From Kiritimatiellia bacterium (GTDB lineage: Bacteria > Verrucomicrobiota > Kiritimatiellia > JAAZAB01): a stretch of 64,000 nt of DNA. The translations under genes were made by a program, and so were the position numbers. Below the pieces are notes generated by a model. It saw only the letters and a program-made list of their open reading frames with translations. It was not told where the DNA came from and made no database searches. Positions 20,172-29,904 of the stretch are shown here, one piece after another. Numbering within the stretch: the stretch's first letter is position 1; each line of letters opens with the position of its first letter. The stretch covers positions 160,001 to 224,000 of the forward strand of contig JAXGPF010000004.1 of the NCBI GenBank assembly GCA_040767085.1, written 5' to 3'.

Positions 20172-21641
20172 TCAGCCGGGCGTTTCCAGCGCCCGCAACT
20201 GGGGAAACAAAATCACGTCCCGGATGGTTTCCGCTCCGGTCAAAACCATCACCAGGCGGTCGATGCCCAGCCCCAACCCACCGGCCGGCGGCATGCCGTA
20301 TTCCAGCGCCGTCAAAAAATCCTCATCGATCTGCTGGACATCCGCGCCGGCTTGCTCGGCGAACCGCCGGCGTTGTTCCAGGGGGTCGTTCAATTCCGCA
20401 TAGCCCGGCGCGATCTCCATGCCGTTGATCACCAGCTCGAACACATCCACCAGCTCCGGGTTGTCGGCGCAGCGCCGGGCCAGCGGCACCAGTTGCCGCG
20501 GCAGGCGCGTCACGAAAGTGGGATTGATCAGCGTGCGTTCGATCAATTTCTCGTAGACTTCGTGGGTGAGCAGCAGGCGGTCCCAGGCGGGATCCACGGC
20601 CAGGCCGCGCGCCTGCGCCCGCGCCCGCGCAGCATCCAGCGTCAAGTCGAACCAATCGCCGCCCATGCATTCCCGCACCAGATCGCCATAGGCGGCTTCG
20701 CGCCACGGACCGCTCAAATCGAGCGGATGCTCCGGGCGCCCGACCTGCAAGCCGCCGCAGACCTCGCGGGCCGCCGCCTGGATCAGTTCCTGCACCAGCT
20801 GCTGCACTCCCCGGCGATCGGACCAGGCCACATACGCTTCCAGCATGGTGAATTCCGGGTTATGGTTGCGGGACAAGCCTTCATTGCGGAAATTGCGGTT
20901 TAACTCGAACACCCGGGGCATGCCGCCGACCAGCAGGCGTTTGAGATACAATTCCGGCGCAATCCGGAGAAACATGTCCGCATTCAAGGCCGTGTAATGC
21001 GTCCGGAAGGGCCGGGCCGCCGCGCCGCCCGGCTGGGGCTGCATCATCGGCGTCTCAACCTCCACGAAACCCCGGTCCCACAGGAACGAACGCACGGCGC
21101 GGATCATGGCGGCGCGGCGCGCAAAAACCGCGCGCGCATCGGCGTTGGCAATCAGATCCAGGTAACGCCGGCGGTAGCGCAGTTCCACATCGCGCAAGCC
21201 ATGCCATTTTTCCGGCAAGGGCCGCAGCGCCTTGCCCATCAGGCGCCATCCATCCACCCGGATCGTCGGTTCGCCCATGCGGGTAGTGAACATCTCGCCC
21301 TCTACCCCGATCAGGTCGCCGAGGTCCAGCAGGCGGAAGGCCTCGAACTGCTCCGGCGGCAGATGCGATTTGCCGGCGTATATCTGCATGCGCCCGGTGG
21401 CATCCTGCAGATCGGCAAAGATGCTCTTGCCCATGTTGCGGATGGTCATCACCCGCCCGGCCGCGCGCGCCGGCTGATTTTCGGCAAAAGCGGCGCGCAC
21501 TTCCCCCAGGGAACGGAGCGCGTCAAATCCGCCGGCCTCCGGCTGGCAGCCCAGCGCCTGCAGGCGCCGGAGATTTTCCAGCCGCTGCGCTTCCACGCCT
21601 GCCCCGGCTTCCGGCTGCAGTTCTGAACTGACGTCAGTCAT
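20172..21641 (-). CDS. lysS: Lysine--tRNA ligase (class II)
   Basis: PLPEKWHGL; RYRRRYLDL; LRIAPELYLKRL; FRNEG; YGMPPAGG. Confidence 0.97.
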   Translation of the reverse strand: MTDVSSELQPEAGAGVEAQRLENLRRLQALGCQPEAGGFDALRSLGEVRAAFAENQPARAAGRVMTIRNMGKSIFADLQDATGRMQIYAGKSHLPPEQFEAFRLLDLGDLIGVEGEMFTTRMGEPTIRVDGWRLMGKALRPLPEKWHGLRDVELRYRRRYLDLIANADARAVFARRAAMIRAVRSFLWDRGFVEVETPMMQPQPGGAAARPFRTHYTALNADMFLRIAPELYLKRLLVGGMPRVFELNRNFRNEGLSRNHNPEFTMLEAYVAWSDRRGVQQLVQELIQAAAREVCGGLQVGRPEHPLDLSGPWREAAYGDLVRECMGGDWFDLTLDAARARAQARGLAVDPAWDRLLLTHEVYEKLIERTLINPTFVTRLPRQLVPLARRCADNPELVDVFELVINGMEIAPGYAELNDPLEQRRRFAEQAGADVQQIDEDFLTALEYGMPPAGGLGLGIDRLVMVLTGAETIRDVILFPQLRALETPG

Positions 21642-21668
21642 GGATCAACGGCAACGCCAGGCGGCGGG

Positions 21669-21839
21669 TTATTTTTCCTGAATGGCTTCCGCCGGGCATT
21701 CGCCGGCGCACACGCCGCAACTGACGCATTTTTCTTCGTCAATCACATAGCGTTTTTCGCCCTTGGAAATAGCTTCCACCGGGCAGACTTCCTGGCATTT
21801 GCCGCAAGCCGTGCATTTATCCATAATTTCGTAAGCCAT
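21669..21839 (-). CDS. 2[4Fe-4S] ferredoxin, 56 aa (absent from the ORF track)
   Basis: Hand translation: MAYEIMDKCTACGKCQEVCPVEAISKGEKRYVIDEEKCVSCGVCAGECPAEAIQEK, with two CxxCxxCxxxCP motifs. Confidence 0.92.
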   Translation of the reverse strand: MAYEIMDKCTACGKCQEVCPVEAISKGEKRYVIDEEKCVSCGVCAGECPAEAIQEK

Positions 21840-21869
21840 CTTGTTTTCCTTTACCCGTCACCGCGTTAT

Positions 21870-22601
21870 TCAACGCCCGATCGCCAACCGGGCGGCCAGG
21901 CGCTCCGGCAGGCCGGCGCGTCTGATCTTTTCCTGCGCCGCGGGAATATCGTATTCCACCCGCCGCAATTCAACTTCCTTTTTCTCGGCGCCAAAAACCG
22001 CATACGCCGCGCGCGGATCGCCATCCCGCGGCTGGCCGATACTGCCGACATTGACAAAATATTTTTTGCCGAGATTGATCTTCAGGCGGGTGTAAGTGCC
22101 GCCCACAATTTCGGTGGATTTTTCAAATGCCAGAGGCACATGGGTATGGCCGAAAAAGCAGACGGTCGTAGTTTGATAGTTGAAACTCGACTCCGCTTCC
22201 AGGCTCTCAAAAACATATCCCCACATCTCCGGCATGTCCAGCGTGCTGTGCACGATGGTAAACCCGCCCGCCCGCTGCACCAGCGGCAGGTCTGCCAGGT
22301 ATTTCTGCTGCTCGGCCGACAATTGACGGCGGGTCCAATCCACGGCATCGGCCGCCAGCGGATGAAATCCGGTCAAATCGTCGTCAAACGAGCAGTAGTG
22401 GTCGTGATTGCCGCGCACCGCCTTGCAATTCAATTCCCGTATTTTATCCAGGCATTCCGACGGGTTGGCATTGTAACCGACAATGTCGCCCACGCAGACA
22501 AAATCCGTCACGCCAACCTTGGCGGCATCCTCGAACACCGCCGTCAACGCCTCCCAGTTGCCATGGATATCGCTCAAAACCCCGTAAATCTGGCCGCTCA
22601 T
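21870..22601 (-). CDS. Calcineurin-like metallophosphoesterase
   Basis: SDIHGN; GDIVGY; GNHD; GHTH; NVGSIGQPRDGDPRA. Confidence 0.92.
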   Translation of the reverse strand: MSGQIYGVLSDIHGNWEALTAVFEDAAKVGVTDFVCVGDIVGYNANPSECLDKIRELNCKAVRGNHDHYCSFDDDLTGFHPLAADAVDWTRRQLSAEQQKYLADLPLVQRAGGFTIVHSTLDMPEMWGYVFESLEAESSFNYQTTTVCFFGHTHVPLAFEKSTEIVGGTYTRLKINLGKKYFVNVGSIGQPRDGDPRAAYAVFGAEKKEVELRRVEYDIPAAQEKIRRAGLPERLAARLAIGR

Positions 22602-22624
22602 TGCCGGGTAATCCTTGCCTGCGT

Positions 22625-23338
22625 CTATAAACGCATCAATGCGGCGGCTAAAACCAGATCGTCCGGAGTGGTAATCTTGATATTGGAAGAACTGGATGAC
22701 ACAATCCGCACCGTTTTGGATATCAATTCCACCGCTGAAGCCTCATCGGTTATCTTCAAGCGTTTCTTATTCACTAACTCGAACGCCTTCACCAGCAAAC
22801 CGCGCTGAAATGACTGGGGCGTCTGAACGCGCCAAAGTTTTGTCCGATCGATCGTTTTGGTGATAATCAACCCGCGCGGCACTTCCTTGACCGTATCCGT
22901 GATTTTCACCGCCGCCACGCCGGAACCGTACTGCCGCGCCGACTTGATCGTGTCGGAAATCAAAGACGGCGTCACGCAAGGCCGGGCGCCATCATGCACC
23001 GCCACGATTTCTACATCCGGCCCCAATTCCACCAAGCCGTTCCAGACGGATGCCTGGCGCTGGGATCCGCCCGCCACAATTTTTTTAACCTTCGTGCAGC
23101 CAAACATTTGCACGGCACAGCGCGCGGACTCCACCCGCTCCTTGCGGACGACCAGAATGATCTCATCAATATCGCGGCATTTTTCGAAAGCCATCACGGC
23201 ATGCACAAATACCGGCTTGGAACCAAGACTCAAAAACGCCTTGTCCACACTCGGGCCCATACGCTCACTGCGCCCGCCGGCCACTATAATTGCGCAATTC
23301 ATATTATTATCATAAAAACTGGCGGCATTCACTACCAA
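22625..23338 (-). CDS. ispD: 2-C-methyl-D-erythritol 4-phosphate cytidylyltransferase
   Basis: AGGRSERMG..DK; VHDGARP; VQTPQ; ITDEA; NIKITTPDDL. Start may be slightly downstream (MNCAII). Confidence 0.93.
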   Translation of the reverse strand: MVVNAASFYDNNMNCAIIVAGGRSERMGPSVDKAFLSLGSKPVFVHAVMAFEKCRDIDEIILVVRKERVESARCAVQMFGCTKVKKIVAGGSQRQASVWNGLVELGPDVEIVAVHDGARPCVTPSLISDTIKSARQYGSGVAAVKITDTVKEVPRGLIITKTIDRTKLWRVQTPQSFQRGLLVKAFELVNKKRLKITDEASAVELISKTVRIVSSSSSNIKITTPDDLVLAAALMRL

Positions 23339-23341
23339 GTA

Positions 23342-23370
23342 AAGTTAACCGATTCCGGCGCTAAAGTCAA
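23342..23370 (-). promoter_or_regulatory. Sigma70-type promoter heading the ispD...clpC run
   Basis: TTGACT-17 nt-TAACTT in AT-rich divergent intergenic DNA. Confidence 0.5.
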
Positions 23371-23442
23371 ATAATGTTTGCTATTATTTCAAAATCGTGT
23401 AATAAACTCGCATTCAAGTTATTGCACGGCCCGTTTCTTCGC

Positions 23443-24273
23443 ATGGATGAGAAAATGAGCGGCGATTTCCTAATTACAAGTCTGCAAAATCAGCGTATCA
23501 AGCAGGTGGTTAAACTGCGTCAGCGCGCTTTTCGCGACCAAACGGGGTGGATGCTGGTGGAAGGCTACCGGGAAATCCGGCGCGCGCTGGATAATCACTA
23601 CCGCCCATCCACGCTTTTCACCTGCCCCGCTTTTTACCTGGGCAAAAACGAGCCGCCCCTCGTGGAACAATGCCGGGCAGCCGGCGCGGAAATCATTGTT
23701 TGCACCGAGCCGGTATTTGAAAAAATCGCTTACCGCGAGCGCCCGGAAGGTCTACTGGCGATACTGCCGCAGATGCGGGCCAGCCTGGATCAACTCCCTT
23801 TGCGGCCGCAGCCCCTGCTGGTAGTGGCGGAAGCCATTGAAAAGCCTGGGAACCTGGGAACCATGCTGCGGTCGGCCGACGCCGCCGGCGCGGATGCCGT
23901 GATTGTGTGCGATCCGCGGACGGATATTTACAATCCCAATGTTGTGCGGGCCAGCATTGGCACGATATTTTCCGTGCCGGTGGTAACGGCGACGTTTGAA
24001 ACGACTCATGCCTGGCTGCGCCAGCATCGCATTCAAACTCTGGCGGCCACGCCGCACGCCCGGCAGACTTACACGGAGCCGGACCTGACGTCCGGCGTGG
24101 CGATCGTGCTGGGCACCGAACAATTCGGCCTGAGCGAGCGCTGGATGTCCGCCGCCGACTGGCAGGTGCGCATTCCCATGCACGGCCAGGCCGATTCCCT
24201 CAATGTGGCCGCAGCCGCCACGATCCTGTTGTTTGAAGCGCGCCGGCAGCGGGATGCCGCGGCGGCCGTCTGA
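23443..24273 (+). CDS. TrmH/SpoU-family RNA methyltransferase
   Basis: ITSLQNQRIK; KPGNLGTMLRSADA; LGTEQFGLS; IPMHGQADSLNVAAA. Start uncertain. Confidence 0.92.
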   Translation: MDEKMSGDFLITSLQNQRIKQVVKLRQRAFRDQTGWMLVEGYREIRRALDNHYRPSTLFTCPAFYLGKNEPPLVEQCRAAGAEIIVCTEPVFEKIAYRERPEGLLAILPQMRASLDQLPLRPQPLLVVAEAIEKPGNLGTMLRSADAAGADAVIVCDPRTDIYNPNVVRASIGTIFSVPVVTATFETTHAWLRQHRIQTLAATPHARQTYTEPDLTSGVAIVLGTEQFGLSERWMSAADWQVRIPMHGQADSLNVAAAATILLFEARRQRDAAAAV

Positions 24274-24324
24274 CCGCCGCCGTTCAATCCGGACGCGCCA
24301 GGCCGGCTCAGCCTGGGCTGCGGG

Positions 24325-24816
24325 TCATTTTCCGGGCGGCGGGGCATTGGTGCCGGCAGCCGCATTCGTGCCGGCGGTGTTCGCGGCAGCCGCATTCGCG
24401 GCGGCAGCGTTCGTGGCGGAGGCGGCTTCCGCCGCTTGCTTGGCCTTGGCGGCCTTGGCTTCCGCGGCTTTTTTCTCGCGGGCCGCCTTGGCTTCGGCGG
24501 CCTTCTTCTCGCGGGCGGCCTGGGCGGCGGCCGCCTTGGCTTCGGCTTCCGCCTTCGCCTTCAATTCCGCCAGCATCGGCAGTTCGAAGCGGTTGCGGGT
24601 GCCGGGTGAAAGGTATTTCCAGGGATAAGTCACGCTGCCCCGCGGGGTTTGCATGACCAGCCCCTCCGGCAGGGCCTGGGCCACCGTGCCATCCAGCAAC
24701 TTGCCGTTGGCCATGCGCGGCGGAGCATCCGGGGGCACCTCGATGGCCTCCTCCGCCCCCAGGGCCAGGCTCCAGAGCAACGCCAGCACTAAGCCAAGAC
24801 AGATGCGCATATTCAT
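24325..24816 (-). CDS. Secreted hypothetical protein with an Ala/Lys-rich helical repeat and a TN-repeat tail
   Basis: Signal peptide; tandem AAREKKAAEAK; ATGA overlap with gltA. Confidence 0.75.
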   Translation of the reverse strand: MNMRICLGLVLALLWSLALGAEEAIEVPPDAPPRMANGKLLDGTVAQALPEGLVMQTPRGSVTYPWKYLSPGTRNRFELPMLAELKAKAEAEAKAAAAQAAREKKAAEAKAAREKKAAEAKAAKAKQAAEAASATNAAAANAAAANTAGTNAAAGTNAPPPGK

Positions 24817-26108
24817 CCTCCCGCCGCCCGCTGTTCGACCGGCACGTAATGCCTTTCGGCGGCGCCGGTGTAAATCTGGCGCGGCCGCGCGATTTTAAAG
24901 TTGGCGCTGTGCACCATTTCCCGCCAATGCGCCAGCCACCCCGGCACCCGCCCGATGGCAAACAACACCGTGAACATGTTGTAGGGAATGCCCACAGCCT
25001 TCAGGATCAAGCCGGAATAAAAATCCACGTTGGGATAAAGGTTGCGCTCCAGGAAGTAACTGTCGGAAAGGGCGGCTTCCTCCAGGCGCAGCGCGATGTC
25101 GAACAACGGGTTGTTGGCCCCGTGTTTATTCAGCAGCTTGTGGCAAGCCGCCTTGAGAATTTTGGCGCGCGGATCGAAATTCTTGTAAATGCGATGGCCG
25201 AAGCCCATCAGGCGCGCCTTGCCGTCGCGCCGCTTGGCTTGCTCGATGAACTTGCGCCCATCGCCGCCGGACTTCAGAATCTGCTCCAGCATGTTAATGA
25301 CGCCCTGGTTGGCGCCGCCGTGACGCGGCCCCCACAAGGCGGAAATGCCGGCGGAAATCACGGAGTAAATGTTGGCCATGCTGGAGCCGGCCAGCCGCAC
25401 GGTGGAAGTGCTGCAATTCTGTTCATGGTCGGCGTGCAGGATCAAAAACAACTCCACGGCGCGGACAATGTCTTCGTCCTGCTGATAATCCCGCACCGGG
25501 GAGGCATACATCATGTTGAGGAAGTTCTGGACATACCGCAGCTTGATGGAGGGATACATGACCGGTTCGCCGATGGATTTCTTGTAGGAAAACGCCGCGA
25601 TCGTGCGCACCTGCGAAATCAGGTTGGCCATGAACTGCTCTTCGGCATCCTGGTCCAGCACTTCAGGCAGGGGATAAAACGTGGACAGGGAAGCCACCAT
25701 GGTGGTGAGAATACCCATCGGATGGGCATGGTTGGGGAACGCCAGGAAGAAATGGCGCATGTCTTCATGGATCAATGACGAAACGTTCAGCCGGTTGGAA
25801 AAAACCGCCAGTTCCGCGGCTGTCGGCAATTCGCCGTGGATCAGCAGATAAGCCGTTTCAACAAAGGTTGAACGGGCCGCCAACTCTTCAATCGGGTACC
25901 CGCGATACCGCAGGATTCCTTTATCACCGTCAATATAGGTGATGGCGCTCCGGCAGCTGCCGGTGTTGGCCAGGCCGGGATCCATGGTAATCAAACCGGT
26001 CTGACTGCGCAGACTGGCGATATCAAGGGCGCGTTCGCCCGTGGCCGCCCGCACCAGCGGCAACATGTGTTCACGGCCGTCCAACACCAGTTTGACCGAA
26101 TCTTTCAT
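24813..26108 (-). CDS. gltA: Citrate synthase (type II)
   Basis: LRYRGYPIE; LHADHEQNCST; HGGAN; MGFGHR; YPNVDFYSG. Confidence 0.96.
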   Translation of the reverse strand: MKDSVKLVLDGREHMLPLVRAATGERALDIASLRSQTGLITMDPGLANTGSCRSAITYIDGDKGILRYRGYPIEELAARSTFVETAYLLIHGELPTAAELAVFSNRLNVSSLIHEDMRHFFLAFPNHAHPMGILTTMVASLSTFYPLPEVLDQDAEEQFMANLISQVRTIAAFSYKKSIGEPVMYPSIKLRYVQNFLNMMYASPVRDYQQDEDIVRAVELFLILHADHEQNCSTSTVRLAGSSMANIYSVISAGISALWGPRHGGANQGVINMLEQILKSGGDGRKFIEQAKRRDGKARLMGFGHRIYKNFDPRAKILKAACHKLLNKHGANNPLFDIALRLEEAALSDSYFLERNLYPNVDFYSGLILKAVGIPYNMFTVLFAIGRVPGWLAHWREMVHSANFKIARPRQIYTGAAERHYVPVEQRAAGG

Positions 26109-26141
26109 GAATGCTCCCGCAAAATGATTGAGAAGGCTGCT

Positions 26142-26226
26142 TTATTAGAGGTTTTAACACCAGATGTCAAGCATGGAAAACATGTCGTCGTTCGCGCTTG
26201 ACATTCACGCCGGCATGGCGCATTAT
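26142..26226. promoter_or_regulatory. Divergent sigma70-type promoters for gltA and rpmB
   Basis: Minus strand: TTGACA-17-TAATAA (26142-26170). Plus strand: TTGACA-17-CATTAT (26198-26226). Confidence 0.5.
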
Positions 26227-26260
26227 TTGCCCATTTAACAACCATTGCCAGGAGACGCGC

Positions 26261-26488
26261 ATGTCACGGGTTTGCGAAATCTGCCAGAAGGGATCATTGA
26301 CCGGCAATCGCATCGTTCGCCATGGATTGCCCAAGGCCAAGGGAGGGATCGGTTTGCATACCACCGGCATCACCCGCCGGAAGTTTCTGCCGAATCTCCA
26401 GAAAATCCGCGTGCTGGAAAACGGCGGAATCAAGGTGCGTAAAGTTTGCGCCAATTGCATTAAATCAGGCAAAATCAACAAGGCCTAG
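26261..26488 (+). CDS. rpmB: 50S ribosomal protein L28 (form with both CxxC pairs)
   Basis: MSRVCEIC..GN...TRRKFLPNLQ...KVCANCIKSG; AGGAG RBS. Confidence 0.95.
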   Translation: MSRVCEICQKGSLTGNRIVRHGLPKAKGGIGLHTTGITRRKFLPNLQKIRVLENGGIKVRKVCANCIKSGKINKA

Positions 26489-26573
26489 CCGCCCACGGAC
26501 GGCGGCGGCATCCGCGCGCCGCCGGGCATGCCGGCCGGCATGCTGTCAGGCACAGGGACATCCAGGGGGGAGC

Positions 26574-27161
26574 ATGAAAACCGGTTGGATCATCCTCGCT
26601 GTCATCGTGTTGATCGGGCTGGCCGTGGCCGGCATTTACAACAAGCTGGTCGCCCTGCGCAACCGGTTCAAAAATGCGTTTGCCCAGATTGATGTGCAAC
26701 TCAAGCGGCGTTATGACCTGATTCCCAACCTGGTGGAAGTTGCCAAGAAGTACATGCAACACGAGCGCGAAACCCTGGAAGCCGTGATCCATGCCCGCAA
26801 CCAGGCGGCTTCCGCGCAGCAGGCCGCCGCCGCCGCGCCCGGCAATCCCGCCGCCATGCAAGGTCTGCTGGGCGCCGAGGCCGCGCTGACCGGCCGCGTC
26901 GGCCGGTTTTTCGGATTGATGGAAAATTATCCGGACTTGAAGGCCAACCAGAACATGGCGCAACTGATGGAAGAACTCGCCTCCACGGAAAACAAGATCG
27001 CTTTCTCCCGCCAGGCATATAATGACGCGGTCATGTCTTACAATACCGCGCGCGAGACGTTCCCGAACGTGTTGATCGCCGGCCCGTTCGGTTTCGGCGA
27101 AGCCGCCCTCTTCGAAATTACCGATGCCGCCGAACGCGAAGCGCAAAAAGTAAAATTTTAG
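26574..27161 (+). CDS. lemA: LemA family protein
   Basis: N-terminal TM; QIDVQLKRRYDLIPNLVE; ENYPDLKAN; ENKIAFSRQAYND. Confidence 0.95.
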   Translation: MKTGWIILAVIVLIGLAVAGIYNKLVALRNRFKNAFAQIDVQLKRRYDLIPNLVEVAKKYMQHERETLEAVIHARNQAASAQQAAAAAPGNPAAMQGLLGAEAALTGRVGRFFGLMENYPDLKANQNMAQLMEELASTENKIAFSRQAYNDAVMSYNTARETFPNVLIAGPFGFGEAALFEITDAAEREAQKVKF

Positions 27162-27167
27162 CGCCTT

Positions 27168-29144
27168 ATGGATTTTTTCGAGCACCAGGCGCGCGCCCGC
27201 CGCAATACCAGCCGCTTGATTTTCTTTTATGGCCTGGCGGTGGCGCTGATCATATTGTCGGTTTACCTCGCCTTTGCTTGCACCATGGGCCTCGCCCGGA
27301 CCGCCGGCGGGGATGCCGCGTCCGCCCCGATGCCGCTATGGAATCCCGGATTGTTTGCCCTGGCGGCGGCCGGCACGCTGCTGGTGGTGCTGGGCGGCAC
27401 CGCTTACAAGATCGCGCGCTTGGCCCAGGGCGGCAGTGCCGTGGCAGCCCTCCTGGGCGGCCGCCGGATCAACCGCAATACCGCCCGCCTGGACGAGCGC
27501 AAGGTGTTGAACGTCGTCGAGGAGATGGCGATTGCCGCCGGCATCCCCGTGCCGCCGGTTTTCCTGCTGGAAAATGAAACCGGGATCAACGCCTTTGCCG
27601 CCGGGTTCGCCCCGGCGGATGCGGTGATCGGCATCACCCGAGGCGCCATGGGACAACTCTCCCGCGATGAATTGCAGGGCGTAATCGCCCATGAATTCAG
27701 CCATATCTTCAACGGCGATATGCGCCTCAACATCCGGCTGATGGGAGTCTTGCACGGCATCCTGCTGATCGGGCTGATCGGCTATTGGCTGCTGCGGAGT
27801 TCCCTGTATTCCAACCGTTACGGGTCTTCCAGAAAAGACAAGGGCAATTCCGGGGCGCAGCTCGCCATCCTGGGCCTGGCGCTTTCGGCGATCGGATTCG
27901 TCGGGGTGTTTTTCGCCAAGCTGATCAAGAGCGCCGTTTCGCGCCAGCGCGAGTTCCTGGCTGACGCCGCGGCCGTGCAATTCACCCGCAACCCGGCCGG
28001 CATCGCCGGCGCATTGAAAAAAATCGGCGGACTCTCCGCCGGTTCAAGGGTCAAGGACGCCCATGCCGAGGAAGCCAGCCACTTTTTTTTCGCCAACGGC
28101 CTGGCTTCCGCCTGGTTTTCCCTGATGGCCACCCATCCGCCTCTTACGGAGCGCATCCGCCGGATCGATCCATCCTTCACCGGCGTGTTTCCCGAGATAG
28201 CCGCGCCGCCCCCGCCCCGGTCTGATCTGGGCTCACCAGGGATGGATCGCCCCACCCCGGAGTTGCTCTACGCGGCCATGGCGGCGGGCGCGGACGCCCG
28301 CACTGTGCGCGTCACCGCGGGGAATGTGGTGGCCGCCGTGGGCGCTCCCCAGGCGGCGCATCTGCGTTACTCGCAAAACCTGCTGGCAGCCTTGCCGCCC
28401 GCGCTGCTGACCGCCGTCCGGGAAACTACCGGCGCCCAGGCAATTATTTTCAACCTGCTCTTGAGCGCCGATGCGTCAACCCGCGCCCGGCAGCAGCAAA
28501 TGCTGAGGCATAACGCCGACCCCGCCGTCCAACAGGCGGCCGACGCACTGGCCGCCCCTGCCCGCAGCCTGTCGCCGGAATTGCGCCTGCCGTTGGCGGA
28601 CATGGCCATTGCGACGCTCAAGGAGTTGACGCGCGGCTCGTACGGCAAATTCCGCGCCGCGATGGAGCAGTTGATCACGGCCGACGAGCAGGTGGATTTG
28701 TTTGAATACACCTTGTACCGCATGCTGTTGCGGCATTTGACGCCGTATTTTGAAAAGCCGCGCCCCGCTCCCATCCGGTATTACACCCTCAAACCGGTGC
28801 AGACTGCATGCCGGGAAGTGCTGGCCTGCCTGGCATATTGGGGCGACCCGTCCGGCGCGGGCGTGCAGCGGCATTTTGATGCCGGCTGGGCGCGGCTGCC
28901 CATAGCCGCCGGCGATGCCGCGCCGGCCATGCCCCCCCGCCAGGCCTGCGGGGTGCGGACCCTGGACACGGCGCTGGGAAAACTGGCCCAGGCCGAGCCC
29001 GCGCTGAAGAAACGGATCATGGACGCCTGCGTAGCGTGTGTCGCCGCTGATGGCGCCGTAAATGCTGCCGAGGCCCAGGTGCTGCGCGCCGTCGGCGACA
29101 CCCTGGGCTGCCCCATCCCGCCGATCATGGCCGAGGCTGCCTGA
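27168..29144 (+). CDS. M48-family (HtpX-like) membrane metallopeptidase with a helical C-terminal extension
   Basis: MDFFEHQ; NVVEEMAIA; INAFAAG; HEFSH; SRQREFLADA; ATHPP. Confidence 0.93.
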   Translation: MDFFEHQARARRNTSRLIFFYGLAVALIILSVYLAFACTMGLARTAGGDAASAPMPLWNPGLFALAAAGTLLVVLGGTAYKIARLAQGGSAVAALLGGRRINRNTARLDERKVLNVVEEMAIAAGIPVPPVFLLENETGINAFAAGFAPADAVIGITRGAMGQLSRDELQGVIAHEFSHIFNGDMRLNIRLMGVLHGILLIGLIGYWLLRSSLYSNRYGSSRKDKGNSGAQLAILGLALSAIGFVGVFFAKLIKSAVSRQREFLADAAAVQFTRNPAGIAGALKKIGGLSAGSRVKDAHAEEASHFFFANGLASAWFSLMATHPPLTERIRRIDPSFTGVFPEIAAPPPPRSDLGSPGMDRPTPELLYAAMAAGADARTVRVTAGNVVAAVGAPQAAHLRYSQNLLAALPPALLTAVRETTGAQAIIFNLLLSADASTRARQQQMLRHNADPAVQQAADALAAPARSLSPELRLPLADMAIATLKELTRGSYGKFRAAMEQLITADEQVDLFEYTLYRMLLRHLTPYFEKPRPAPIRYYTLKPVQTACREVLACLAYWGDPSGAGVQRHFDAGWARLPIAAGDAAPAMPPRQACGVRTLDTALGKLAQAEPALKKRIMDACVACVAADGAVNAAEAQVLRAVGDTLGCPIPPIMAEAA

Positions 29145-29148
29145 GGCG

Positions 29149-29710
29149 CTAATCCGCCACCTCCAGATGCCGCGGCCCAAAGACTGCCGTTAATCCGCCG
29201 GCGGCGGATGCGACCCGAACGCGCAGCCAGTCCCCGGCAACCCGCCCGGCTGCAACCTGTTGCATGACGGCCGGACGGCCAGTCCGCGCCGGCGCGATAA
29301 CCGCCGCAAACCAGACCGAAGTGCCAGCGCGGCCGGGGTCAACGCCCAGTTCCCCGCCAAATCCGTAAAAGACAAAACTCAATTTATCCAGATGGCCGTG
29401 GACGCCGCCATATGGCCCGAATGTCATTCCCGCCGCCAATTCCGCCGCGCCGCCACGCCGCAGGATCACATGGCCGGCCGCCGGTAACATAATTATACGG
29501 CAGATTCCAGGCCGTCGTACCGCGGCGCGGATAATGCGCATAGCTTTCCGCATACCCGATCAACAGCCGCCGGGCATGTTCCGCATATTTCCTTTCGCCG
29601 GTCAGCGCATACGCCCAGGCGCAATCCAACAGATCGTGTTGATTGGCGGCATGCCGCCGGCCGAAAATCACGTCATCGTAGGGCTCACCCGTGTATTTTT
29701 TCCGGCATAA
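29149..29710 (-). pseudogene. Internally deleted alginate-lyase/heparinase II/III-family remnant
   Basis: Fragment 1: KKYTGEPYDDVIF...AWAYALTGERKYAEHARRLLIGYA. After a frame change near 29475, fragment 2: GHVILR...FGPYGGVHGHLDKLSFVFYG..ELGVDPG. No start codon or RBS. Confidence 0.7.
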
Positions 29711-29904
29711 GCGCCCGGCAAGATCAAAATCCCGGCTGGTTTGCTCCGCGTCGGGATGCGGGGCGGATTTATGGTTATCCTGTATTCATGGCGGAACCGG
29801 AATTCAGTCAAACATTTGCTTCAAATGATTGGCGGAATGTGATAAATTTTTAATTCCGTGATGTTTCGCCATCAAACCGCTGCTGAAAAAAGGAATCCGA
29901 TACG

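Noticed and set aside
23355..23400. CtsR box upstream of the operon containing clpC
   Set aside because: Only one AGTCAAA half-site, better explained as the minus-strand -35 TTGACT.
21840..23500. Lower-GC stretch as a horizontally acquired island
   Set aside because: Contains core genes (ispD, phosphoesterase) and a promoter region; no mobility signatures.
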